From Phycisphaerales bacterium (GTDB taxonomy: Bacteria > Planctomycetota > Phycisphaerae > Phycisphaerales > UBA1924), in the NCBI GenBank assembly GCA_965227775.1, contig OZ245777.1, positions 1,152,001 to 1,216,000 on the forward strand: DNA of 64,000 nucleotides. Direction: 5' to 3'. Both the position numbers and the translations under genes were made by a program. The notes below the pieces were generated by a model. That model searched no databases, was not told the DNA's origin, and saw only the letters and a list, made by a program, of their open reading frames with translations. Below, piece by piece: positions 33,001 through 41,937 of this stretch (the stretch's first letter is position 1; every line of letters begins with the position of its first letter).

Positions 33001-33861
33001 ATCATCACCCACGTCAACGGCCAGCCGTTTGATGTGTCCAAGGATCCGTGGATCGCGTTCATTGGCACGGTGGGCAAGGAGACGACCATCACCGTCGTCG
33101 ACAGCCTGACCGGCGATGAGGAGACCGTCAACGAGCGGACCTACACCATCGAGCCTATCGGCAACGACCAGGCGCTTCGCTACCGCGACTGGGTTGAGTC
33201 GAACCGTCAATACGTCGACGAGGCGTCCGACGGCAAGATCGGCTACATCCACGTGCCCGACACCGGCGTCAACGGCCAGAACGAGCTCTTCCGCCAGTTC
33301 TACGCCCAGATCAACAAGGAAGCGTTGATCATCGACGACCGCTGGAACGGCGGCGGCCAGATCCCCACGCGCTTCATCGAGCTGCTCAACCGCCCGCGTA
33401 CCAACTACTGGTACCGCCGCGACGGGCAGGACTGGCCCTGGCCGTATGACAGCCACCAGGGGCCGAAGGCCATGCTCATCAACGGCTCGGCCGGCTCGGG
33501 CGGCGACATGTTCCCCTGGCTCTTCAAGCACAATGACCTCGGTCCGCTGATCGGCATGCGGACGTGGGGCGGCCTGGTCGGAATCAGTGGCGTGCCACCG
33601 CTCATCGACGGCGGCTACACCGCAGTGCCCAACTTCGGCTTCTACCGCACCGACGGTACCTGGGGCATCGAGGGCCACGGCGTCGATCCGGACATCGAGG
33701 TCATCGACGACCCGACCGACTTGGCCAACGGCGTTGATCCCCAGATGGACGCGGCCGTCGAGTACCTGCTCGAAGCCATCGAGCGCGAGGGCTACGAGCC
33801 GCCCCAGCGGCCGCAGGAGCCCGACCGCAGCGGCTTCGGCATCGATCCCGCCGACCGCTAA
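30040..33861 (+). CDS. Tricorn-type S41 protease, probable lipoprotein
   Basis: PD40 repeats (PRFSPDG, PAWSPSG), WKRYRGG, ELNVGHAY, PDZ region, IGYIHVPD, DDRWNGGG, catalytic AGSGGD, RTWGGLVG, IEGHGVDPD; lipobox LVSC at residues 17-20. Confidence 0.95.
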   Translation: MNMRLSVLPVLAAQAMLVSCAGSAEISSSEPARIVAASGQPLSATRAAMQQDGDYAGMLRFPAVSDEHIVFTYGNDLWLVSRDGGRAEPLASPAGQELFPRFSPDGQHVVFQGNYDGDRDLYTLPIAGGVPTRVTHHPANESPTQWHDSGIMFFMGGTAGLGRQQEVFRVSPDGGLPERMPVPYGANGVLSDDGQWLAYTPIQRDARTWKRYRGGMASDIWLFNINTNESRQITDWEGTDSLPMWHGDSVYYVSDAGDDHRLNIWRYDVASGDRTQVTNFTDNDVKFPSISSGDDGAIVFSLGTKLHLLDLDANEVSEINVTIPGATPAVRTQTVDAADHIQAGGISSTGKRVVIEARGDIWTIPAENGPPRQLTDSSRWAERSPAWSPSGRWIAYASDESGEYNIHVIQSDGGTEPRQLTDMEGKYWMSMSWSPDSEMLLAIDKSGEMYLIDVESGEASQFDKEPMAGVPAVSWSPDSRYVTYAKTNGNMLTAAVFIYDTDEGTMHQVTSGYFGDNSPTFSRDGEYLFYTSNREFTSPQYESVGASFIYANTGRLIAVPLTEEVENPRLIEVDEETWEEDEPEADESDEASEDADEAADEGEGDEGDDAETELSPIEGTWAGTASGLAALGLPMDEMEVTMYFKQLDDGTFVGASESQGETSDYDSVTFDEATGKLVTTSSEGPLNSKTESTLSGDTLTGTWSISGPIEGSGPFTATRQSTEVPDGIISDEAGSGGDDDEVEPTEITFEGFEARSFALPVSPGGFGGLVSNNQGHLLYNSFGSGAPTVKIIDMSGDEIEEKTVVAGAQMVDISGDGKKILLAGQGNRWKIADARAGQSMSGALSPNDLRKHLDPREEWRQLVQDAWRRHRDFFYVENMHGVDWDAVYDHYSEMVDHAASREDVSFIIGEMIAELNVGHAYYWGGDVEGQPSENVGMLGVDFEPATEQGEDGEVSGFRITKMYGGAPWDTDARNPLDTLGVDVEEGDIITHVNGQPFDVSKDPWIAFIGTVGKETTITVVDSLTGDEETVNERTYTIEPIGNDQALRYRDWVESNRQYVDEASDGKIGYIHVPDTGVNGQNELFRQFYAQINKEALIIDDRWNGGGQIPTRFIELLNRPRTNYWYRRDGQDWPWPYDSHQGPKAMLINGSAGSGGDMFPWLFKHNDLGPLIGMRTWGGLVGISGVPPLIDGGYTAVPNFGFYRTDGTWGIEGHGVDPDIEVIDDPTDLANGVDPQMDAAVEYLLEAIEREGYEPPQRPQEPDRSGFGIDPADR

Positions 33862-33885
33862 GTTCCTGAGTCATCAAGCACCTTG

Positions 33886-33912
33886 AAGGCCCGGCCCAGC
33901 GCCGGGCCTTTT
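33886..33912 (+). terminator. Rho-independent terminator
   Basis: AAGGCCCGGC-CCAGC-GCCGGGCCTT then TT, 25 nt after the tricorn stop. Confidence 0.75.
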
Positions 33913-34089
33913 CGTGCGCCCACGCCAACAGATCATGAGTGTCCGATAGCGACCATCCGTGCTCCGCGATGTTTCGACAGGCGGAGCATTTTCTTCGCGT
34001 TTGCGTGAGCGAGCGATGTGTGCCGCGCTGCCTGTCTGGGCGCAGCAGTGGCCCGCGCCCGTCGAAAGTCCGTAGAACGGAGCGCAACC

Positions 34090-35967
34090 ATGCAACGCAA
34101 CCACACAAGCTCACTCCAAGATCGCACGCCCGTGCGGAGCCGCTCCGCACTTGTCCTGTTGGCCGCGGCCCTGGGCTTCTCGCCCGCGGTCGCCCTCGCC
34201 CAGGACGCCGAGTACGGTGAGGGAGGCCCCATCACGCACGAATTCACCATCGAGACCCGAGGCAGCGCCGCGCCGAGGCTGGTATTCACCAGCTACCTCT
34301 ACGCGACCGCGCGATGCGACAGCCCGATGGACATCCAGCCCCAGCGTGGCGATCGCACCGTCAAGCAGGACGTCGGCGTGGCCGGCGCGACCCGCGGCGC
34401 GACCGCCATGGGCGGTGGCACTGTCTCGAACGCCAACGCGAGCATCACCCTCGATGATCTCGATGTTGGTCTTGCCGAGGGCGAGTACAGCGTGTGGGGA
34501 GACGTCACCCTGTGCCTGCCGCCGGCTCCCGAGCATTCGGCCCGCGGCTCCGCGAAGAGCTGGGCCATGCTCAGCTACATCGGCCAGACCCGCACGCCCT
34601 CGGGGCGCATCAAGCAGAAGGGCCACTGGAAGAACGCTCCCAAGGTCTCAGGTAGCGCCAGCACCAGCCGCACCGGCCCACGAGGCCCGCGTCCCGTCCA
34701 ACGCGCCAAGGACCCCGTCACCCTTCGTGTCACCAACACCGACACGGGTGAGGTCATCTACGACCGCACCATCCTGACGATCGACAACTTCGTCCAGGGC
34801 GGGTCGTTCGAGTGGCGCAACGATCGCGTTGTCAACACCTCGCCGACCATGGAGTTCGGCATTGTCTATGACGACGGCATCTCGCGTCCTTACCGCCTGA
34901 GCATCAAGACCGAGTTCGGCGTCGTGACCGAGTCCATCGCAACCGGCGCGTTTGCCGGCGTTGCGATTCCACCGGAAGGCGCGTCCGCCGACTTCCAGTT
35001 CGACCTCGAGAACGCCATCGAGATCACCTTCGACATTCCGGCGGATCCCGACCACACTTACGACGTCGAGGTCGAGATGTGGGGCGCAGGGGAAGCCGAG
35101 GCCGCCAAGGCGAACGAAGCCGGTTTCGTGTTCTACGACCTCTACGTCCACGACGACATCGGCACCGCCCTGGACGGCACCAACCCGGTGCTCGTCGGAG
35201 AGCACTTCTGGATGCCCAGCGACTACGGAATCCCGCTGCAGACCGACCGCTCCCGCGCGCTCGTGCCCGTCATGCTGCTGGGCGATGAGCCGGGCCAACT
35301 TGACGAGGCCGTCGTCCGCGTTGTCGACCTGGGCGGCGATCCGTTCGATCCTGTGGGCGCCATGTTCCACATCCGCTTGTGGCCCGGGCACTCCGAGTGG
35401 CCCGCCGACCCAGGCGCGGCGTCGGTCCCGATCGGTGGCGACGTCATCACCGACGTCTCGGGCGAGACGACGTTTGCCGAGGCGTACGCCGTCTATGCCG
35501 ACGACATGCTCGATCCCACGGCTCCGCTCAAGGACGTGACGCTCAATCTTTCGGCGCTGCCCATCATCGAGCCGGGCGAGCTCTACTGGCTCGAGTTGAC
35601 CGCTTCGCCGCGTGATGGCACCGAAGTCTTCCTGCCCCTAAGCCCGTACCACCCGGGCGATGGGACGGCTCCGATCGAGATTGCCAGCTACATCGCGTTC
35701 GAGGGATTCGAGACGATGCCGTTGACCAATCCCGACTCGGGTCGCAAGTACGCGCTGCCCGTGCAGATCTTCGGCGACACGCGGCTCGGAGGCGAGTGCC
35801 GCGCTGACCTCGACGGCGACGGCGAGCTCAGCATCTTCGACTTTCTGACATTCCAGAACCTATTCGCATCGGGCGATCCGGCCGCCGACTTCGACGGTGA
35901 TGGACGGCTGACGATCTTCGACTTCCTGACGTTCCAGAACGAGTTTGTCGCGGGCTGCCCGGGCTGA
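34090..35967 (+). CDS. Secreted protein of unknown function with GC-type dockerin-like domain
   Basis: Signal ALA|QD; beta-rich body I cannot assign; tail CRADLDGDG...VAGCPG. Confidence 0.85.
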   Translation: MQRNHTSSLQDRTPVRSRSALVLLAAALGFSPAVALAQDAEYGEGGPITHEFTIETRGSAAPRLVFTSYLYATARCDSPMDIQPQRGDRTVKQDVGVAGATRGATAMGGGTVSNANASITLDDLDVGLAEGEYSVWGDVTLCLPPAPEHSARGSAKSWAMLSYIGQTRTPSGRIKQKGHWKNAPKVSGSASTSRTGPRGPRPVQRAKDPVTLRVTNTDTGEVIYDRTILTIDNFVQGGSFEWRNDRVVNTSPTMEFGIVYDDGISRPYRLSIKTEFGVVTESIATGAFAGVAIPPEGASADFQFDLENAIEITFDIPADPDHTYDVEVEMWGAGEAEAAKANEAGFVFYDLYVHDDIGTALDGTNPVLVGEHFWMPSDYGIPLQTDRSRALVPVMLLGDEPGQLDEAVVRVVDLGGDPFDPVGAMFHIRLWPGHSEWPADPGAASVPIGGDVITDVSGETTFAEAYAVYADDMLDPTAPLKDVTLNLSALPIIEPGELYWLELTASPRDGTEVFLPLSPYHPGDGTAPIEIASYIAFEGFETMPLTNPDSGRKYALPVQIFGDTRLGGECRADLDGDGELSIFDFLTFQNLFASGDPAADFDGDGRLTIFDFLTFQNEFVAGCPG

Positions 35968-35990
35968 TCTCGACTTGCCAAGCCACGCGC

Positions 35991-36998
35991 TCACGCGGCG
36001 TCGGTCGACTCGGCCGACGCCGCTTCTCGCTTGCGCATGTCGGCCAGCGATGGACCGCTGGGCTTGTCGGGGAGCGATGGGAGCGCCGGTAGCCCCGAGG
36101 GCTTAACGGGCTCATCCACCTGCACCCCCTCGTTGCCGATGCGGATGCCCTCGGTTCCGCCCTTGCCCGCGAAGGCCATCTGCAGTAACTGATCATCGAA
36201 CCCGTCGGGCGAGCTGCCGGTTCGGGCGTACACGTACAGCACGGCGTTGGTGATCGCGTCGAGCGTCATCGACACCAGCACCATCAGCCCCATCCACGCG
36301 ATGCCGAGTGTGATGCCGAGCCCCGCGATGATCGGATCACCCGTCATCGATGCCAGGATCATGACTGAGAGGCCCGCCACGATGCCCAGCCCGACGATCA
36401 CGCCGTTCGCCCAGTTGGCCACGAGGCCCTCACCCCACGTCTGCTTTACGAGCGAGAACGATCGTCCGATTGCCTTGTGCGCTGGCGCACGCTCGACGAT
36501 CAGCACGGGAACGACGAAGTAGGTCATTGCCGTCCACGCCGAGCCCAGCAGCATCGCCAGAATCTTGCCGACGAGCTTCGATCGCTGCTCAATCATCTTG
36601 AGCGCAAAGCCAACCGAGGCCGCGATCACCGCCCACATCAAGATCAGGCTGAACCGATCCCACGCGATCCGAAGCCCGTCGGTGAGCTTGTACGGCCTTC
36701 CATCCAGATGCATCATCGTGACGCCCACAAGTGCAGAGTTGAAGAACAGCGTCACGAAGTAGCAGCAGAAGTACAGCAGGAACATCACCAGCATCGGGCC
36801 CATGCCCGACGACGGCTCTTCGCTCATGAAGATGTTCTGCCCCGTCGTGGTTCCCACGATGGGAGCCACGAAGCTCGCGACGACGATCAGCGAGGCGATC
36901 GAGCTCAGGAGCGGAAACAAGATGAGCTTCTTGTTCTCCTGGAGCAGCCCGAGGCTCGCCATCGAAAGGGCCCAACCGTTGCGCATGCGTGTGAACAT
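35991..36998 (-). CDS. Membrane protein, DUF6159-like
   Basis: MFTRMRNGWALSMAS...LILFPLLS, TYFVVPVLIVE, AIGRSFSLVKQTWGE; about 6 TM segments. Confidence 0.75.
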   Translation of the reverse strand: MFTRMRNGWALSMASLGLLQENKKLILFPLLSSIASLIVVASFVAPIVGTTTGQNIFMSEEPSSGMGPMLVMFLLYFCCYFVTLFFNSALVGVTMMHLDGRPYKLTDGLRIAWDRFSLILMWAVIAASVGFALKMIEQRSKLVGKILAMLLGSAWTAMTYFVVPVLIVERAPAHKAIGRSFSLVKQTWGEGLVANWANGVIVGLGIVAGLSVMILASMTGDPIIAGLGITLGIAWMGLMVLVSMTLDAITNAVLYVYARTGSSPDGFDDQLLQMAFAGKGGTEGIRIGNEGVQVDEPVKPSGLPALPSLPDKPSGPSLADMRKREAASAESTDAA

Positions 36999-37142
36999 CC
37001 ACCGTCTCCACCGGGGCACGCATCATCGAGAGCCCCTCCGAAACGGTGCATCGGCGCAACGAGCGAACGTGACGCTCAGCGGTGCTTACGCCGGCGTCCG
37101 TCGGTCCGTGTGTCACAGTTAGGTAAGGTCCCGAGGTCCGAT

Positions 37143-38456
37143 TCAGGACTTTCCGAGCACCAGCGCCGGCCGATAACGGCGGCTCAGGATGGCTTGCGAG
37201 TCGGCGCCCATCCACGAGTCGAGCACGCCCGCGTACACGTGGCGGAAGTCGAGCGTGTGCTTCAGGTCGCCGCCGTCCAGATCGCTCATCGAGGGATGGG
37301 TGCCGTGCACACCAGGGCGCACCATCGGGCCGAAGAGGAACATCGGCGCCGCGGTGCCGTGGTCGGTGCCACCGCTGGCGTTCTGCGACACCCGGCGTCC
37401 AAATTCGCTGAAGGTCAGCGTCATCACGCGGCTGTCGTTGCCCTGCTCTTTCAGGTCCGCGTAGAACGCCTTCATCGACGAGGCCATTTGCCCAAGCAGC
37501 TGCGCGTGCCGCCCATTCGCGCCGCCCTGCCCGGCGTGCGTGTCGAATCCGCCGAGCGTCGCGTAATAGATGCGCGTCTTGAGCCCGGCCCGGATCATCT
37601 GCGCAATCATCGAAAGCTGACGCGCAAGCCCGTTGCCCGGGTAGCGCACCAGCGGTCGACTCGACACCGCCTTGCGGATCAGGTCGCTGCTGACCTGGGC
37701 ATCGAGCGCCGTCTTGGTCAGGAACGCCTCGTTGCTGCTCGCCGAAGCTGCCTCACGCCGGTTCAGCAGGTCGTACTCGTCCTTGAGTGAGCCATCGTGG
37801 TCTTCGCCTAGCCAGCGGAACACATCGGCGCTCTCGAACGAAACCGGGTTGACCTTGCGGCCCTGCATCGCGAGCGGCGCCGTGCGACCGATCGCCACCG
37901 CCGGCGGTCCGGCCGCTTCGCCGCTCTCGAGAGACCCGCTCTCGCCCTTACCGAAGCCCACGCACTCGCTGTCGAGGTAGCGCCCGATCCAGCCGTCGCC
38001 CGTGCCACTCGTATCGGCCGTATGCCAGATGTCCATGCTCTTGAAGTGCGAGCGATTTGGGTTGGGGTAGCCGATGCCCTGGAAGATCGAGCAGAGCCCC
38101 GAGTCATACATCTCCTTCATGGGCGCCAATGCGGGGTGCAGGCCAACGCCCTGGCGGCTATCGAGCTCGAGCACCCGGTCCTTGGCAATGCCGATGCCGC
38201 GCCGCGCCCGGTAGTACTCGTCCATGCCGTAGGGCACGACGGTGTTCAGCCCGTCGTTGCCACCCGAGAGCTGCACAACGACCAGCACGCGATCCTCGGG
38301 CACGCCAGCCAGGCTCGTCAGCATCGCGCTCGGCGAGGGCAGCCCCCACGCCGCCGACTGGACGAAGCCCGGCGCCGCGACGGACGCCGACGCGAGCATG
38401 ACACCACGTCCCAGGAACGCGCGCCGCGTAAAGGCCTTCGAGTCGTGCAGGTCCAT
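37143..38456 (-). CDS. DUF1501-family protein with Tat signal
   Basis: FTRRAFL, VVQLSGGNDGLN, PNRSHF, GGFDTH, FSEFGRR, GTDHG, DFRHVY. Confidence 0.92.
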   Translation of the reverse strand: MDLHDSKAFTRRAFLGRGVMLASASVAAPGFVQSAAWGLPSPSAMLTSLAGVPEDRVLVVVQLSGGNDGLNTVVPYGMDEYYRARRGIGIAKDRVLELDSRQGVGLHPALAPMKEMYDSGLCSIFQGIGYPNPNRSHFKSMDIWHTADTSGTGDGWIGRYLDSECVGFGKGESGSLESGEAAGPPAVAIGRTAPLAMQGRKVNPVSFESADVFRWLGEDHDGSLKDEYDLLNRREAASASSNEAFLTKTALDAQVSSDLIRKAVSSRPLVRYPGNGLARQLSMIAQMIRAGLKTRIYYATLGGFDTHAGQGGANGRHAQLLGQMASSMKAFYADLKEQGNDSRVMTLTFSEFGRRVSQNASGGTDHGTAAPMFLFGPMVRPGVHGTHPSMSDLDGGDLKHTLDFRHVYAGVLDSWMGADSQAILSRRYRPALVLGKS

Positions 38457-38500
38457 GCCTCAGTTCCTTCCCGGTTCGAACCCAATCCCAATCGTCCGCC

Positions 38501-40078
38501 CTAGCAGAGCTGGTACTCCGGCATCGCCGCCACAAGCAGCAGCATGTCTCGCATCGCCTCGCCATCGCGGGCACCGCCTCGCCGCCGCAACACATCCTCG
38601 AGCGCCGCGATCGCGTGCGTCGGAGTCCGCCCGAGCGTGTACCGAAGCACGCTTCGCACGATATGCGCGTCGCCGCCATCGTCGAGCGCCGTGCGGAGCT
38701 CGTCCATGATCGGCCTGGGCTCGTACGGCTGCATGTCCGCGAGCGCATCGGGCCCGTTCGGCTTGCGGCCGGTCAGCAGAAACGCCAGCGTGTTCTGCCG
38801 CACGAACATCGTCGACGTGTTGATCCATGACCGACCGCCGGCCCAGCCCGCAACCGAAGGCGGGAAGAACAGGCTCTGGCCCATCAGCTCCATGGCGTCG
38901 AGCAGCGCCGAGAGATCCCGAACGGGCGTCCGCAGCTCGCGCACACCGCCCACGACTAGCTCGGTCGGGCTCTTGATGCGCTGGCCACGCACGCTGTCGC
39001 TATAGAAGTGCCGGCTCAGCAGCAGCTCGCGAAGCAACGGCTTGAGCTCATACCGCTTGCGCACAAAGGTCGACCGCATCTCGTCGAGCACCGCACCCTC
39101 GGCGGGCGAGTACTCGCGCGGGTTCTCGGGCAGGCTGCCGACGAAGAACTCGTAGATCTTGCGCGTCATGAACACGCCCGTCGCCCGCTGCGCCAGGATC
39201 GCCGTCACGAATCCGTCGCCGTCGTACTCACCGGTGCGCCCAAAGATGCGCTTGCGGCCGTCGTCGTGGTTCTCCTGATTCAGCACGAACTCGTCGTCCG
39301 CGAAGGTGTACCCGGTGAGCGCTCGAGCGCCCTCCTTGATGTCGCGTTCGCTGTACGTGCCGACGCCCATCGAGAACAACTCCATGAGCTCGCGCGCCAG
39401 GTTCTCGTTGGGCCGGCCCTTGCGGCTGTCGTTGTTGTCCAGGTAGGCAAGCATCGCCGGATCCCGGATGATCTCGTGCATCAGCCGGCCGTAGTTGCCC
39501 AGCGCGTGCTTGCGAAAGCGCTGGTTCTGCAGGTACATGTGGTAGCTGTCTTCGATTGTGCGGTAGCTGGTCGCAAAATGGCTGTGCCAGAAGAGCGTCA
39601 TCTTCTCCTCAAGTGGCCGAGGCGTCTCGATCATCCGCGTGAGCCACCACCGCTGGATCTCGCGCATCTGTCGGCGATCCCACACCTGCGCCTGCTGACG
39701 CATGGCGCGGAGGTTGGCCAGCGCGTCCTCGTCGCGCGAGCGCCTCGCCTGCGCGGCGATGCGGCGTTCTTCCTCGGTGTACGGCCGCATGATGTTGCGA
39801 TCGAAGAGGTCCGCCCCGGGTCCCGCATCTTCAACGCCGGGCGTCTCGAGCAGGTAGTCGACCGCCCGCTCCGGCCCTAGCCCAGCGATCGCCGAGATCT
39901 GCGCAGGCGTTCCGCCGAATCCGGCCCGCCACAGCAGGTGCCGCGCCTGGTCGAACCCAAACTCGGAAGCCTCGATCGGATCCCACACGCGTCGCAGCTC
40001 GACGCGCTCGCGGCGCTGGCGCTCGGCCAGCGTTTCGCGAGATCCGCCATCCTGGGTTTGCACTCCGGATTGGGCCAT
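38501..40078 (-). CDS. DUF1800-family protein
   Basis: HLLWRAGFG, EKMTLFWHSHFAT, DPAMLAYLDN, PNENLARELMELFSMG, ARALTG, KSP, PPSVAGW, PEYQLC. Confidence 0.93.
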   Translation of the reverse strand: MAQSGVQTQDGGSRETLAERQRRERVELRRVWDPIEASEFGFDQARHLLWRAGFGGTPAQISAIAGLGPERAVDYLLETPGVEDAGPGADLFDRNIMRPYTEEERRIAAQARRSRDEDALANLRAMRQQAQVWDRRQMREIQRWWLTRMIETPRPLEEKMTLFWHSHFATSYRTIEDSYHMYLQNQRFRKHALGNYGRLMHEIIRDPAMLAYLDNNDSRKGRPNENLARELMELFSMGVGTYSERDIKEGARALTGYTFADDEFVLNQENHDDGRKRIFGRTGEYDGDGFVTAILAQRATGVFMTRKIYEFFVGSLPENPREYSPAEGAVLDEMRSTFVRKRYELKPLLRELLLSRHFYSDSVRGQRIKSPTELVVGGVRELRTPVRDLSALLDAMELMGQSLFFPPSVAGWAGGRSWINTSTMFVRQNTLAFLLTGRKPNGPDALADMQPYEPRPIMDELRTALDDGGDAHIVRSVLRYTLGRTPTHAIAALEDVLRRRGGARDGEAMRDMLLLVAAMPEYQLC

Positions 40079-40220
40079 GGCAGTGCTCCGCTTCCTCGAT
40101 CACCCCGGCCGGCCTCTGGCAGCCCCACGCCACACATCGGCCGTCCGCACGGGCGGAACGCAAGAACTGGGCGGGACATTGCATCCCGTCCTTCGGTACG
40201 CATCCGTTTTGTTGGTGGGT

Positions 40221-41894
40221 TCAGGCCGTCGCGGGTTGCACGGCAGGGGACTTCCGCGATGCCAGAACCAGCCCACCCCAAACGATGGCGGCGCTCGTTG
40301 TCGCCAGCAGCAGGGCCCCGTTGGCCTGGTGCGCGAATGTCACCAAGGCGGTCGCCGCCGGCACGCTCGCAGCGTCCGTTAACTGCTCTGCCGTGGGTAC
40401 CACGCGCCGCTCTCCGCCGGTGACCAGGAAGAACGCAACCCATCCGAGTGCAAACTGCAGGATGATCGCCACGAACAGCAACCGCCCGAGCCGCCCGCAC
40501 ACCCGGGCCCCGCGCGCCTCGCCCGGAGCTTCAGAGTTGGCAGACGGCCCCGAGCCCTGCCCCATCAGCGCGAAGCCGACGATCGCGGCAAGTGTGACGA
40601 CGATGACGGAGAACCCAATGTGGCCATAGAGCGCCGGGCCCGCCCACGCTGTCTTCTCGGCCGCCATGCTGCCGTGCCTGTACATCGCGCCCATGATGAG
40701 TTGGAACACCAGCGAGACCAGCAACACCCACGCACCAGCGCGAACCCACGCCCGCGGGCGATCGATCTCCCGCAACGAGCGCGCCGCCGGCGAGAGCCAG
40801 GCCGCGAACATCACCATTGAGGCGAAGTACGCTTGGCCCAGCACGCCGTGGATCGTGCCGAGCGCGGGGTTGGCCTCGGTTACGCGGGTTCCACCCAAGA
40901 CACCCTGGGCGCTCACCATGAGGATGAGCGCCGCCGCGGCCTGCGCGGGACGGTCATGCCGGAGCGAGGCAAGGAACCAGGCGATGCTGCCGATCGCAAC
41001 GGCGACGCCCACGCCACCAAACGTCATGCCGCCCAGCACCTCGGCCATGTGCAGGCGAAGCCCGATGACCAGTACGGCGCCAATGACCAGCACCGCCGCG
41101 AGCGAAACGACGACATCGCCCTTCTTGCGCAGCGCCGAGGTAAACCACACGAACACCGCCAGCGAGATCGTGGTGACGCCCACCAGCGAGCCAAACAGCC
41201 TGTGCGTGTGCTCAAGGAAGATCCGCGGATCGGCCATGAGCGCGATCGGGTATAAGAACATGTTGGCGCCGTAGGTGCCGGGCCAGTCCGGCACGGCCAG
41301 GCCAGAGGCCGTGCTCGTCACCAGCCCGCCCAGCAGCAGCAGGGGGGCCACCGCGACGAACGCCACGATCGCGAACCGCGAGGCCCAGAACGTTGCCGGC
41401 CTCGGCGTTGGCGTGCTCCGAATGAATCCTCCGACGAGCCCGAACATCGCGCCGCCCGCCAGGCTGGCCCCGATGAACCCCAGCATCGCCACGCCCGCCG
41501 AGGGCGTCAACCCAGCAGATCCCTGGGCCGGTGTCGCACCGTCGATGGTCTCCGACACCAGCGAGCCCATGATGAGCAGGTTCAGAAGGGCGGCGAGAAG
41601 GGCGGCGATCGCACCCGAGGCCCAACCCAGACGCCTGCCTCCGTAGACGCCAGAGATCAGCGCCCCAATGACGACAACCAGCCCCATGCCCGGCCCAGAC
41701 ACGCTTGCGGGCAGGTCGAGCCAGGGCTGATGTCCGATAAGCCACGCCACCCACATGGTGATCGCCGTCGCAAAACCGAGCACGACTGACGGCCCGACGA
41801 TCGTCCGGAACGACAGCACTTTCGTTCGGGAATCGATCGGATCTTGGGCCGAAGCGATACGGCTGGCAGCGATGGAGGGCGAATTCGCGCTCAT
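40221..41894 (-). CDS. ctaA: COX15/CtaA heme A synthase with N-terminal membrane extension
   Basis: GGLVTSTASGLAVPDWP, FLEHTHRLFG, QGVLGG, IHG, GHIG, AHQANG; divergent from the act/cox operon. Confidence 0.88.
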   Translation of the reverse strand: MSANSPSIAASRIASAQDPIDSRTKVLSFRTIVGPSVVLGFATAITMWVAWLIGHQPWLDLPASVSGPGMGLVVVIGALISGVYGGRRLGWASGAIAALLAALLNLLIMGSLVSETIDGATPAQGSAGLTPSAGVAMLGFIGASLAGGAMFGLVGGFIRSTPTPRPATFWASRFAIVAFVAVAPLLLLGGLVTSTASGLAVPDWPGTYGANMFLYPIALMADPRIFLEHTHRLFGSLVGVTTISLAVFVWFTSALRKKGDVVVSLAAVLVIGAVLVIGLRLHMAEVLGGMTFGGVGVAVAIGSIAWFLASLRHDRPAQAAAALILMVSAQGVLGGTRVTEANPALGTIHGVLGQAYFASMVMFAAWLSPAARSLREIDRPRAWVRAGAWVLLVSLVFQLIMGAMYRHGSMAAEKTAWAGPALYGHIGFSVIVVTLAAIVGFALMGQGSGPSANSEAPGEARGARVCGRLGRLLFVAIILQFALGWVAFFLVTGGERRVVPTAEQLTDAASVPAATALVTFAHQANGALLLATTSAAIVWGGLVLASRKSPAVQPATA

Positions 41895-41920
41895 TGAGAC
41901 TCCGTCTCACTTTCCGTAAA

Positions 41921-41937
41921 ACAGTACTTTTTTCTGT
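41921..41937. promoter_or_regulatory. Candidate operator ACAGTA-N5-T(T)CTGT between ctaA and actA
   Basis: ACAGTACTTTTTTCTGT; one mismatch from the perfect palindrome at 51081. Confidence 0.5.
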
